From the NCBI RefSeq assembly GCF_009914755.1, contig NC_060926.1: a DNA stretch of 64,000 nt; one strand, written 5' to 3'. Each line of letters starts with the position of its first letter. The first letter of the stretch is position 1. Source of the DNA: the human T2T-CHM13v2.0 reference genome, Homo sapiens. Below the pieces are notes generated by a model, which saw only the letters and a program-made list of their open reading frames with translations, did no database searches and was not told the DNA's origin. A program made the position numbers and the translations under genes. This document shows, one piece after another, positions 44,533-62,199 of this stretch.

Positions 44533-47500
44533 AGTTTATTGAATTTGTTTATCAGTTTTAAGTGTTCTTTTGGTGGAGTCTTTAGGTTTTTCTAGATGTA
44601 AGATCATGTTATCTACAAGCAGGGATGATTCAACTTCCTCCTTTCCATTTAGATGCCCTTTCTTTTTCCTTTTTTTTTTTTTGTTTTTTGAGACGGAGTT
44701 TCACTCTGCCACCCAGGCTGGAGTGCGGTGGCATGATCTCGGCTCACTGCAACCTCCGTCTCCCAGATTCAAGCAATTCTCTGCCTCAGCCTCCCGAGTA
44801 GCTGGGATTACAGGCGCCCACCACCATGTGCAGCTAATTTTTGTATTTTTTGTGGAGATGAGGTTTCACCATCTTGGCCAGGCTGGTCTTGAACTCCTGA
44901 CCTTGTGATCCACCCACCTTGGCCTCCCAAAGTGCTGGGATTACAGATGTGAGCTACCATGCCCGGCTGTTTTTTTTTTCTTACCTAATTGCTCTGGCTA
45001 GGACTAATAGTACTATATTTAATAAGAGTGGTAATAGTGGGGCATCCTTAGCTTGTTCCAATTCTTAGAAGAAAAGGTTTCATCTTTTCCCCTTTCTGTA
45101 TGATGTTAGCTGTGGGTTTGTCACATATGCCCTTTATTGTGTTGAGGTATGTTTCTTCTATACCTGATTTGTTGAGTGTTTATCATGAAGGGATGCTGAA
45201 TTATATCAAATATTTTTTCTGAATCTCTTGAGATCATATGGTTTTTGTCCTTAATTCTGTTGATGTGATATATCACATTTATTGATTTGTGTATGTTTGA
45301 ACCATTGTTGCATCACTGGGATAAATTTCACTTGATCATGGTGTATAATCTTTTTAATGTGTTCTTGGATTCAGTTTGCTAGTATTTTTTTGAGGATTTT
45401 TGAATCTATATGTTCATCAGGGATGTTGACTTGTAATTTTCTTTTTGTTTGTGTGTCCTTGTCTGGTTTTGGTTTCAGGGTAATACTGGCTTCATGTAAT
45501 GAACTTGTAATAGTTCCTTTCCCTTTAATTTTTTGGAATAGGTTGAGAAGAATTGGTATTAGTCTTTTTTAAAAGTTTGGTAGAATTCAGCAGTGAAGCC
45601 TTGTAGTAATTCCTTTAAGTATTTCTTGTAGGGCTTGTTGAGTGGTGACGGAATTCCCTTAGTTTTTGCTTGTTTGGGAAAACTTCATTTCTAAAGGATA
45701 GCTTTACTGGGTATCATCTGGGCTGGCAGTTTTGTTTTGTTTTGTTTTGTTTTGTTTTTGTTTGTTTGTTTGTTTTTTCCTTTCAGCACTAAACATATCA
45801 TGCCATTTTCTCAGCCTGTAAGGTTTCTGCTGAGAAATCTGCTGTTAGTCTAATGGGCATTCCCTTTTATGTGACTTGATGATTTTTTCTTGTTGTTTGT
45901 AGAATTTTCTCATTGTCTTTGACTTTTGAAAATTTGACTATAAGTGCCTTGGAGAGGAACTTTTTGGGCTGAATTTATTTGAGAACTTTTGCGCTTCCTG
46001 CATCTGGATATCCTTCTGTCTCTCAAGGCTTGGGAGGTTTTCAGCTATTATTTCATTAAATAGGTTTTCTATGCCTTTTCCATATTTTCTTTTCCTGGAA
46101 TTCTCATAATGTGAATATTTGTTCGCTTAATGTTGTCCCATAAATTCAATCGGTTTTCTTCATTCTAGTATATACTTTTTTCTTTTCTTTGGGTTATTTC
46201 AGAAGACTTGTCTTTAAGTTCGGAAATTCTTCTGCTTGATATAGTCTGGTGAAGGCTTGATTTTATTTTTTATTTTATTCTCTGAATTCCTCAGCTGTAA
46301 GATTTCTGTTTGGTTATTTTTTATGATGTTTCTCTCTGTTGAATTTCTCATTTAGATAATGAATTATTTTTCTGATTTTGGTAAATTGGGTTATCTGCAT
46401 TCTCTTCTATCCTGTTGACTTTCTTAAAGTTATTTTGAATTCTTTTTCTGGCATTTTATAAATTTCTTTTTTTTTTTGTGGAGTCTGCTATTGGAGAATT
46501 AATGTGTTCCTTTGGGGTTGTTATGTTTTTTTCATGTTTCTTATGTCCCTATATTGATATCTGCTCATCTGGTGGAATAGTTGCCTCTTCTAATTTTATG
46601 CAGTAGCTTTCACAGGGAAAGACCTATTCCTTTAGATGGGTCTTATGGTGTCTGACAGGTAGAGTACATTGGCTTAGGTTCTGAGTGAGCACAGTTGTAT
46701 GGTCTCTGTGCAGTTTCCTCAGCTGTAACCCATATTAGTGATGTTTGCAAGTGCCTCAGTGGCCTAGGCTGTGGAAGTGTGTGGTGGTAGTGGTGGTGTG
46801 ACTTTGCCAGAGATGGGCTCGCCAGGCTGGTTGTTGAGCCAGGGGTATGCATGTACACATAGTGAGTCAGCTGGCTTGGAGACAGGGTCACTGAGGGCAG
46901 GGCTGCTAGGCTACTTCTCAGGCTGAGGGTGCTGGTGTGCAGAGACCTCAGGGACTGGCTCTCTGGGCTGTTTATCAGACTTAGGGTGCAGACATGTTGT
47001 GGTTTGGCTGCTTAGGGTCTGGCTTACTGAGGAAAGAGCCACCAGGCTGTTTATCCAGCTAGGAGTGCAGGTGTGGGACAGTTTGGCTGGCTTGTGGAGT
47101 ATGTCCGCCTAGGGTGGTTCCACCAGACTGTTTCCTCATTTGGGGGTATGGACACACAATGATTAGGCCAGTTTGGTGGCATGCCCACTGGGGGTGGTCT
47201 GCTGTTTCTCTGGCTGGGGTGTGAGCTCACAATGGTTTGGCTAGCTTGGGGAAGTGCGTACCAGGGGTGGGCTGCTATGCTGTTTCTGCAGCTGGAGGTG
47301 TAGGCATGTGGTGTTTTGGCCAGCCTGGGGTTGACTTCCCCACTATGCAGTACCAGAGTCATGACTGTCCCTGGGCCCAGGCTCTCAGTAACTGGAGTCA
47401 TTGCATTACAGTCCTTCATGTGGTCTTTATGGAATGATGGTAGAGCCTCAAAGCTAGAGAGACACAGTGGCTATTGGCCCCCAGAGCAGGACGCCCTCCA

Positions 47501-47953
47501 GCAGTGGCTCTGGTTTCAAGAAGATGCTATGCTGTAGCAGCTTAGGTCATGCAAGGGTGGGGAGCGCATAACACGAGCTCCTACTGTGGAGTAATGTAGC
47601 TTTGTAAATTCCAGGTAGCTCTCCAAACAGCTCAAGGCTTGTAAGGACTGTGGGATTCTCCTGTAGTAAGGACTGCAAGTTTCTGTGGCTGGGGCCCTGT
47701 GCTTACCATTACCCCATAAGAAGTCCCTCCTGGCTCCCAGCCAGTCTCACTGGGGAGATGGGACAGCAGAGGCAGGGTGCCTTGCACCTCTTTTCATCCT
47801 GCTTTTGTGCTCCACAGGGATCTTGCCACTCTCTTGCTGCACTTCAGTGCTTTCCCTCAGACAATCCAGTTGAATTGTAGTTGTTGATTCTGTGTTTGGG
47901 TCCCTTTTTGGGGGGCAAAGGCACGCATTGGGCACCTCTAGTCAGCCATCTTT
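44533..47953 (-). mobile_element. Internally deleted old primate L1 (5' UTR, ORF1, part of ORF2) with an AluS at 44662-44968
   Basis: Antisense ORF2 44533-45600, jump at ~45600 to ORF1-type sequence, GC-richer 5' UTR 46600-47953 ending GTCAGCCATCTT (L1 start AAGATGGCTGAC). Confidence 0.75.
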
Positions 47954-48778
47954 CTGATTTTATTCATACAAGATAATTTTTATAAAATTAAAGTATAAAG
48001 TATTATATAATTATCTTAACCTTTCCTGTGTAATATAGTTTATACTGAAAAACAAATAATTTGTACTATAATATACATCCTGTGTACTATATTTGTACTA
48101 TAATATCCTGTGTAATACAGTTTATACTAAAAAACAATTTGTAATATAGTTTATACTGAAAAATGAACTATTTTCTGTTCTTATATGTACAGGAACCAAG
48201 TTACATGAGAACATTGAATTAATGCGATATATTATACCTGTCTATGATGTTCAGAAACTTCTCTAGAAAAGCATTTTACAAAAAATTAACTTGTGTTGTC
48301 TATATTATATGTAGACAAAAAATGAAATGAAAGGTACCACCCTATTCTATTTCAAGATCCAGTAGCTTTTCTGCTTTTACTTTATTCAGGGTTGTTTCTT
48401 TCGTTTTTAGAATTTTGAGAATTGCAGTCAAACAAACAGATCACAGACTTTGATACAAAATATCTAAGTATTTCTGCTCATCACATAAGAAAATCTCCAT
48501 TTTGTTTGACTTCAATAAATACCAAAAATAAGTATTTGGTAACAGATCATAAAGAGTTCTTTTATGTTTTCATGTGTTTATCTTTTCTTCTGGTATAATC
48601 TTCATATCTTAAAACTAGAGAAGGGACCTGTATGTATATTATAGTAGATGAAGTATTCTAGTAATATTTAAAACCAGAAAGTCAAATATAAGGGATCCAC
48701 ATGGTATCACTACAAAAGTGGTATAAGAATAGAGAGACCTGTTCACATTCAAGAAACAATATTAAGAATGCAGTTTAG

Positions 48779-49220
48779 GGCTGGGCACGGTGGCTCACAC
48801 CTGTAAGCCCAGCACTTTGGGAGGCAGAGGTGGGTGGATCATTCAAGGTCAGGAATTCGAGACCAGCCTGACCAACATGTTGAAACCCTGTCTCTACTAC
48901 ATGTAAAAAAAAAATTAGCCGGACATGGTGGCGCATGCCTGTAATCCCAGCTACCCGGGAGGCTGAGGCAGGAGAATAGCTTGAACCTGGGAGGCAGAGT
49001 TTACAGTGAGCCTAGATTGTGCCATTGCACTGCAGCCTGGGCAGCAGAGCGAAGCTTAGTCTGAAAAAAAAAAAAAAAAAGTTTAAGGCCAGGCACAGTG
49101 ACTCATGCCTGTAATCCCAGCACCTTGGGAGGCCCAGGTGGGCAGATCACTTGGAGCCAGGAGTTTGAGACCAGCCTGGCCAAAATGGCAAAATCCCATC
49201 TCTAAAAAAAAAAATAAATA
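48779..49220 (+). mobile_element. AluS (48779-49080) followed by an Alu left arm (49087-49220)
   Basis: Alu consensus. Confidence 0.9.
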
Positions 49221-49359
49221 CAACAATTGTTAGAGGAATGTATATTAATCACAGTTGCTTTTGACTACAAGTAACAGAAATTTGACAAACAGCAATTTAA
49301 TCAAATAAGGTATTGATTTTTCTTCTGTAATATGCCTGTGTGTGTGTGTGTGTGCGCAC

Positions 49360-50670
49360 ATTTTTTTCTTTCTCCTGAACACAGTTGAAAGTACATACAT
49401 GCATTATGGCAGTTCACTAAATATGTCAACATGTGTCACCTAAGAACAAGGACATTTCTATATAGCTATATTCTGTTATTATATTCTAGAAATGTGTAAC
49501 TGTGCCATAAATTTTAATATCCCATACTCGGTTTTGTACATCGTTTTCAATAATGCACTTTTTGCATTTTTTTAAAAAAAATCAGGATCCAGTTAAATTT
49601 TTTTTAATTTAATCTAGAACGGTTTTCTTGCCTTTTGTCTTTAATGACATCAGTGCTTCTGTGAGTCCAGGCCAGTTATTCCTAGAGTGTCCCACAATTT
49701 TTGTTTTTCCGATTGTTTGCACATAATTTGATTCACATTAAACATTTTTGTTGAAAATATTAAGTAGGTGATGTTTATTCAGAGTACCACATTAGGAAGC
49801 ACATCTATCAGTTTGTCCTCCTGTGGTGATGTGGTAAGTGTAATCACCTTGGTAAGGTGGTATCTGCCAGATTTCGCAGTTAATCTACCATTTCCTTTGT
49901 CAGTAATCTGTGGAGTGATACTGAGACTTCATGAATATTTATTCCCAACAGACCTTTTTCTTGTTGGGAAATAAACATCCTTTTATCCGTTCCTAACTTA
50001 ATTTTTACATTGATAGTTAGAAAATAGTGATTTTTCTGGTTCTACCATTTTTTCTGCTTTAGCTGGCATTCTTTTATAAAGAAATGCATCTCTCCCAGCC
50101 TTACCCTCTGATAATACTGGAATACAGCACACTGAATCACAAAATAATCCATGATTCATATGGAATCTTTTTTATTATCTCTTTTTTTTTTTTTTTTTTG
50201 AGACAGGGTCTCACCCTGTCGCCCAGACTGGAGTGCAGTGGCGCGATCATGGCTCACTGCAACCTTGACCTCCTGGGCTCAAGCAATCTTCCTACCTCAG
50301 CCTCCCAAGTATTAATATTTGGGACTATAGGCACATGCCACCCTGTCCAACTAATTTTTTACTTTACGTAGATTTGTATGGAATCATGGATTATTTTGGG
50401 ATTCAATTTGCTGTATTCCAGTATTATCACTATTTTGATGCTCGAATTGTTCTAAATTTGGTCAATCAGAGTTTTTTTGCACTGGTTTCTCTGTCCTTCT
50501 GACATGCACCCATCAATTTTTGAGCATTTCTTTGTCCTCTGGCACAAGAAGATATCCTAGGTCCACATTATACTTTTTGTGCTTCAGACCTGGAATGTGA
50601 CATTTCTCAAAAGAGCTCTGGTTTCTTTCAGTGGGGAATGGTATTTTGAAGCCAAAATCTATACTATTGG
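49360..50670 (-). mobile_element. L1MC4/5-like 3' end carrying a complex insertion at 50109-50372
   Basis: CCTAAGAACAAGGACATT, GAGTCCAGGCCAGTT, TTTCTTTCAGTGGGGAATGGTATTT. Confidence 0.7.
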
Positions 50671-52702
50671 ATTTATTTTTTTCTTCCAAGTGTCCTCCTT
50701 CTCCCTGAGAAGTGGTGCCTTTTCTGAGCTTGCTATACCTGGTTCCACATATTTTTATGCCTCTCTTTTGGATTCTCTATTAGCTTGGCCTCTGCAATGT
50801 TGGATCTGAAATGTGTTTTTAGTATTTCCCAGTAAAAGTGTGACTTAATTTTTTTTGGGAGTGATACCTATGCTTCAGCACCCCTAGATTCCCACTCCCT
50901 CTCTCCTCTGTTTCTGTCATTTGCCACCTGATTTTCTCTGCTCCAGCATAGGTTCTGGGGCTTGATCTTCTGAAACTGGCATTTCTCATCTCTCTTACAT
51001 GTAAGTTAAAGTTTTTAGTAATCTCCATCTCCTAGTTTTACATTACATATGGGATGGGATATGGGTAGTTTTATTTGCTCTATTTGTTGATTTCTTTGAA
51101 GAATGTGTGTTGTGATTAGAATTTAGGTGACTATAATTATTCTATAAAAATTGGAATTCTTCAATTTAACTTTTTATGGCTTTCTAAGATGTGAAATATC
51201 TGACTTTCAGTTGAAGTTTTAATTTAAACTTGGTGACTCTTGGTAATCAGTAAGTAAACTTGGGCAAGCCTTCAGTATATTTTGAAGTAATTTATGCCAT
51301 TTGTCCTACCCTAAATGGCCTCTAACCAGTGTATTCTTTTTGAGTCCCTGGGTTTCTTTGCTTTTTAGTAGCCTTTCTCTTTCCACTTGCAGACCAACAT
51401 CAGTCATTTTCTTCTGTTGTCAGTGTGCTGTCTACTAAATCCTATCCACTTTATGAATAGAGAATTAAGAATTTGGATGACATATCTTGTTAGACTTAGG
51501 TATGCCATTAGATAAGCAGGACCAAATGAAAGCCTGAGGGCCTCTTGGAGCTTTATTTAGGATCTGAATCTCCTCTGAATGTCTATTTGGTTATTAAATA
51601 GCCATTTCTGCCTTATTTCCAGTTCTTTACTGTGTTCTAGTTTGACAGTTAAACTGGGTAAATCATCTTAAAAACAGGTTTTGCTTTAGGTTTCATGTAA
51701 TGATATTGAGGGATGCAATACAACGTTAAGAGCATGAATGGTTCTGGAATCTGATTCCTTAGGTTCAGATCCTGGCCCTACTACTTATTGGTTGTGTAAC
51801 TGAGTAGTTGCTTAAACTCTCTGTACTTCCATTTTCTCACCTATGAAGTGAAGTATAATAATAGTATCTTCACAGATTTTGTGAAGACTGAAAAAGATGA
51901 TACATGACAAGTCTAGAATGGTGCTTTGGTGTTGATAATTGATTGTTATTACAGTTGATGTATTAATAAATAATAAAAATGTGTTGGATATTCACTCTGT
52001 ATAAGGAGCAGTGATAGGCTGTTAAATAAAGCAGATCATCAGATCTTTAGGATAATCTGTTTGTCACTTGCTCCCCACCCCTCTCCGTATATCAATCGTG
52101 ACATTAAAATGTTTTAATGATAATTTATTAAACCTTTATGCTTCCCATTGAGAAAGTGCAAATGGTTATTTTATTGTGTATTCACTATTTAGGGTTTTAC
52201 TTTAAAAGGAACACTATAAATGTCTGAGTGATGTTAATTTCAAAGATTGTTTATAGCATTCTTTTTTGTATTCTATAAAGACACATAGCTTGTAATGAAA
52301 TTACACTGTTGTGGAGTTATGTGTCCACTAGAGGTCACATTATACTTTTATATTACTTAAAATGTCTTTTATCTTCGTAGTGTCAGTGAAGCTTACTTCA
52401 AAGAAAGACAGAGATAGGAAAAGTTCATGTATTGCTTCCTGAAAAAATACAGTTTAAAAAAGGAAAGAAAGAAATTTAAGATGGACTGTTAAAGGAACCA
52501 GCTTTATATGCCATAGTTTTATATTTGATAGCTTATTACTCTGTTGGTTAGAAAATTGGTTCGTAGTATGGAAGTAACAATGAGATTTTGGTACCCAAGT
52601 CAGAAATAGGAACTGCTTACTCTCAGCCGCATTTTTTGAAATTACTTTTGAATGATTACATGTAGGTACAGTCATGTATAAATGTGTTCTACATTTATTA
52701 TC

Positions 52703-53000
52703 TTTTTTTTTTTTTTTTTTTGAGGCAGGGTCTCACCGTGTCCCCCAGGCTGGCATGCAGTGGCACGATCATGGCTCATTGCAACCTTGACCTCCTGGGT
52801 TCAAGCAATCTTCATACCTCAGCCTCCCAAGTATTAATATTTGGGACTATAGGCACATGCCCTCTGTCCAGCTAATTTTTTACTTTATGTAGAGATGGGG
52901 GTCTCACTGTGTTGCCCAGGCTAGTCTTGAATTCCTGGGCTCAAGGAGTCTTCCCACTTCAGCCTCCCAAAGTGCTGGGATTGCAGCCACCACACCCTGC
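52703..53000 (-). mobile_element. AluJ with private GTATTAATATTTGGG variant (probable donor of the 50.2 kb copy)
   Basis: Full antisense Alu. Confidence 0.9.
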
Positions 53001-53230
53001 CTATTACCTATTTTTATTAAAAGGAGTGTGGATTTGGAGTGCTGCCTACTTGGAGAGTGACCTACCCAAGTTACCTAAATTCTCTGGACTTTCAATTTCT
53101 ATGTAAAGTGTTAATAATAGCTATGGCAATGTTATGTTGAATCACAACATTTAAGTGAAAGTTCTGTGCAAATGATGCAATGAGTCATCAGATAACTGCT
53201 GTTGTTTTTAGCCTACTAAGGTACAATCTG

Positions 53231-53357
53231 ATATACCTAATGCTAAATGACGAGTTATTGGGTACAGCACACCAGCATGGCACATGTATACATATGTAAC
53301 TAACCTGCACATTGTGCACATGTACCCTAAAACTTAAAGTATAATAATAAAAAAAAA
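53231..53357 (+). mobile_element. ~125 bp L1PA 3' end, TSD AAGGTACAATCTG
   Basis: ATATACCTAATGCTAAATGACGAG...CCCTAAAACTTAAAGTATAAT; TSD 53218-53230 and 53356-53368. Confidence 0.95.
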
Positions 53358-54562
53358 GGTACAATCTGGGAAAAAGAAAGGAATCTTTAAATTTTTAGCC
53401 TCTTTTTTTCTGAAACAATAGATTATTAGTTTGTACTTACTTCTTGGATAGCCATTGTGGCTAACAATAGATTGTGAAAAATTCATTCATGTGATACTCA
53501 TTCCGATGCTTGATATTACTGTCTATATGTTACAGCCTTAAGTGTGGAACAGCTATCTGGTTAAAAAAATGAGTACTGACTCCTGGCAGTTTCACATTTT
53601 TTGTGGAACTAATAGGTTTAATTGAGTTTATGTGTTGGTATGGTCTATTTTTTACTGATAATTTTGGTCCTTATGCGGATAATGCCAACATTCAAGTGCT
53701 GAATATCAAGGTTACCAAGAGATGGGTCAGGTAGTTATGGTGTTATTGAAGTTGGTGCTTAACATGTTTTCATTATCTATCAATCAACCACAAATAAAAA
53801 AGGCAATCTTAACTATTGTATTTACAGTGAAAAGGGAAAGCTTTGATTGGCACTGTCAGCATTTAACATGCAAACAATTTTTGAACTTTGGTATGTGGAA
53901 ATGATTGTGAGCCTAAGTAGAACACTGTTGGCTCAAAACAGGAAGCAAATAGATATTTTTAAAAAATGCTAATTTATTTCTTACTGAAAATGTTTGGTTT
54001 TCACTATTCCCCTTCTTGCCTTCCTGAACTCTTAACTGCTGCTGATGGCCCCAGAGTTTGCATGCAGTTCTGCCTGATCTGGGTCTCTTTGACCCCAAAG
54101 CCTATAGTCAGACCCTTTTACACTTACCAGATCCTCGAGCATGGGATCTCTTCCTTTTAAAACCTTTATCATCATGACATACTATATGTTTCTTGTATTT
54201 GAAATGTTTTCTGGTAAGTACATATTATATACAGACTTTTCGTATTTTATGAATTTTCTTGGTAAGAATCCCCAGTAGATGTCTGTCATGAATGGAAACT
54301 ATCATGCAAGGTTTTGGGATCCGTTAGATTCTAGGCTTGAGGCTCTGTTGTTGACTCTTCCATGACTTTGGGCAGGTTTTTTTAATCTCATTATTTGTTA
54401 AATGAGGACAATCATTTCAATATACAGTTGTTGAATGAATGATATATTTCATATCTAGTCTACTGATTTCAGAAACATCGCCAAGGGTTTCGTTTGCCTT
54501 TTTGTTTTGTTGCTTTTTAAGGAGGTGGCTATTCTTAATCTTTTAATTTTTTTACTGTATAG

Positions 54563-54634
54563 ATAACAGACAAGAGAGTATCCAGAAGACATGCCATTCT
54601 TGAGGTGGCAGGTGGTCAGCTGCGAATCAAACCG
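54563..54634 (+). CDS. APLF: APLF coding exon 2 (aa 33-56, FHA domain)
   Basis: Acceptor ttttttactgtatag; ITDKRVSRRHAILEVAGGQLRIKP with FHA SRRH motif; donor GTAAAT; 72 nt, phase 0. Confidence 0.96.
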
Positions 54635-55999
54635 GTAAATATGTTATTAATGATTCATTTTAACTTTCATCTCTTACCCTTTCAGTTCCCAAGCAGAGGT
54701 GCCTATTTTCTAAGGTTATGGGAATAGGGAATTAATGTCAGAATATACCCTTCTCATTGCCAGAAAATAATTAGGAGATAAAGATCTAAACTGTGAGGAA
54801 AACTACATATTTTCTCATAGGACAATGCCACATTTACCTAATTAGAATTTCAATGAAAGATGACTGCCAGTTCATGTATATATTATGATTTGGTTTAAAA
54901 TTGAATACTCCAAATAATAAGAAAGCCCATAACTATTAATGGTTGGTTTTTTGAGCTGGGGTAGTGACCAAAGTAACTTAAATGTTATAGGGTTATATTT
55001 TAACATATTCTCTATCACTCTGTATAGAGTTGAATATTTCTAAAACTTAGACTTTGTTCAACTTCGAGGTTTGAAAAATGATTTTAATTTGAAAGTTTTT
55101 GTTGAGGGCTCGAATTTTAATTGCTTGCTTTATAGTTTACTGCTGCGAAATCACTGATGATATGCAGGGACAGCCAGTTTCCAAGAATATACAATGTGAT
55201 TATTCCTTTTCATTTGCAGAGTCTATTGTGTAAGAGAATGAAATACGTACATAAGGGTCCATTTATTTTAGACTAGATCGTATGGTGGTAAAATTTCATG
55301 GAATTCATTAATTTATAACTTTTTAAAACCAATTTGTATTTTCATATTTTATATACCACTGCCTGTTAAATCATTAGTTCTTTCTTTTACACAGATAGTA
55401 CTTGCTTTTATTATCCTATGTTTAACTGTTTGCAAATTTGGAAAGCATCTTTTTAATTTTAGTACTTGGAAATTTTTTGAATAAAAAATTATTCAATGTA
55501 TTCACCTTATCTCAACCTTGAATAAATAATCTTTAAAAGAGTTTATGTCTCATCTTCATTCTGCATTATCTTATTGTCTTGAAAAAGTGTTAATATCTGG
55601 AGTCAACACTTCTTTAGGAGCCACTGTATTTACCATTAGATATTCATCTCTGTATCCTCTCCAGCTATCTTATTCTTCTGAGATGACATACTGGATCATA
55701 AGGCCCTTGAGTGTAGGAACTCTGACTAATCTTTGTATCCCTAGTGTTTAGCATAGTGCCTAAGACATAGTAGGTATTTAATTAATATTTGTTGAATGCA
55801 TGAGTAAACGCTGTGGTGAGAACTATCTATGGCATATCTAGGAGTGGGAACATGGTAGATTTTTACAAAAGTATGTTATTCTCTAGTGCCCAATTTCTAA
55901 TACCCTGCCAATGAACTACCATGGCCTAAAATAAGTTTTTTTGTTGTTACTAAAGCACATTAAAGGAAAGAATAGAGGGATCTTGAAATATAGAAATGA

Positions 56000-56205
56000 T
56001 TATTTTTTATTTATATAGATTTAGGGAGTGCAGTGCAGTTTTGTTACATGATTATATTGTGAAATGGTGAAATCTGAGCTTTTAGTGTAACCGTCACCTG
56101 AATAGTGTACATTGTACCCATTAGGTAATTTCTCAACCCTGTCCCACCTCTCACACTACCACCCTTCTGAGTCTCCAGTGTCTGCTCTGCCACTGTGTCC
56201 ATGTC
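56000..56205 (-). mobile_element. Short L1PB/L1MA 3' end
   Basis: GTGCAGTTTTGTTACATG...ACCTGAATAGTGTACATTGTACCCATTAGG. Confidence 0.8.
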
Positions 56206-56569
56206 AGCACATTTATTTTGTGAACAAATTAACCAGTGGAATTGTGGACAACTCAATAGATACCAGATTTTCTCTTTACACTCTTTGTTTACTCAATGAT
56301 AAGAAGAAACCCTTCTTATAACAAAATTGACATGGCATTAAATTTTTTTATATCAAAAATAGGTGATTAGAAAACCGTCATATTTACTAATGCATGAATA
56401 TTTTAAACATTTACATTTTTTCTCAGTGTTAATCAAGGACATTTATATTTTAAAATGTTTTATAAATTGGCTTTAATAAAGGTGCTTAGTTGGAGTTGTG
56501 TCTATACTTGGCTGAAAATTATTCAGATATATTTTGTACTTTTGTGGCTATTCAAAAGAGTACTAATAA

Positions 56570-56901
<332 letters not shown>

Positions 56902-57981
56902 TTAAAGGTGATTTTATTAGTTGAAAATCTTACCTTGAGTTAAATTTTATCCAGTATGTACTGAGCCAAATTTCTATGTGAGATTTTAGCAGTGTTCAGT
57001 TATAAAAAGGCTCCTTTTTAAAATACTCTTCACTTTTACTGGGTCTTTAATTAGATGGTACGCAGATCATAAAACCACTATGTATGACATTAACAGGTGT
57101 CTTTTGAGCACAAAACTGTAGTAGAAATAATACTAGAAGCTAGAGCAAAAATTCCTCATGACCACTAGATATAAAACTAAAATTTGGAATGATTTATTTA
57201 AGTTATACCTCTGTTTATGATCTTTTAAATATTATTTAGTGTAATTTTGTAAACTTTCCCATAAATGTGATGTTTAGACATGGGAGAAAGGTAGCTCTTT
57301 TTTATCCTTTTTCGAGTACCTTTTTTTGACAACTTAGAATGTCATAGCCTTCTGGAGAACGTCTGATCTTAAATACTCAGCAAATTCTAGAATGGGAATG
57401 AGAGCCCAGGTTCTTTGAACTCTGTAGTATTTTTTTGTTGTTGTTATGTTTCTGAAGTCAGGATTCTCTTGGCATTGGGTGTCTTTTCTTTAAAAAAATT
57501 TCTTCAAGTTACAACTAATTGATGATCTGTCTTAACAAGAAGTTTTAGTGCCTTCAGTTGAATAATATTTTAGAACTGAAAGCAACCTTAGATTTGGACT
57601 TATGTATGTGGAAATTTGACTGGGCCAGGGCTAGCATTGCGTATCAGTGGGGAAGAGGAGTTTTTATCAGTAAATGGTACTGGGACAGTTATCTGTTTGG
57701 AAAAAAAAATTAGATCCCTACTGCAGACCCAAAAATCTACTCCAGGTAGATTAAATGTGAGAGTCAAACTATAAAACTCTTAGAATATAATATAGGGAAA
57801 AACCCTTATGACTTTAGAGTAGGGAAGGGTTTTTAAACAGGATATAAAAAGCATGAACCATAAAAACAGTTGGTAAAAGCCAATGAAATAAAAATAAGAA
57901 ACTTCGTTTATCAAAAGACACTATAATGAAAATGATAACTACAACAGGGAGAAGATATTTGAAACACATGTAATTGGAACA

Positions 57982-62199
<4,218 letters not shown>

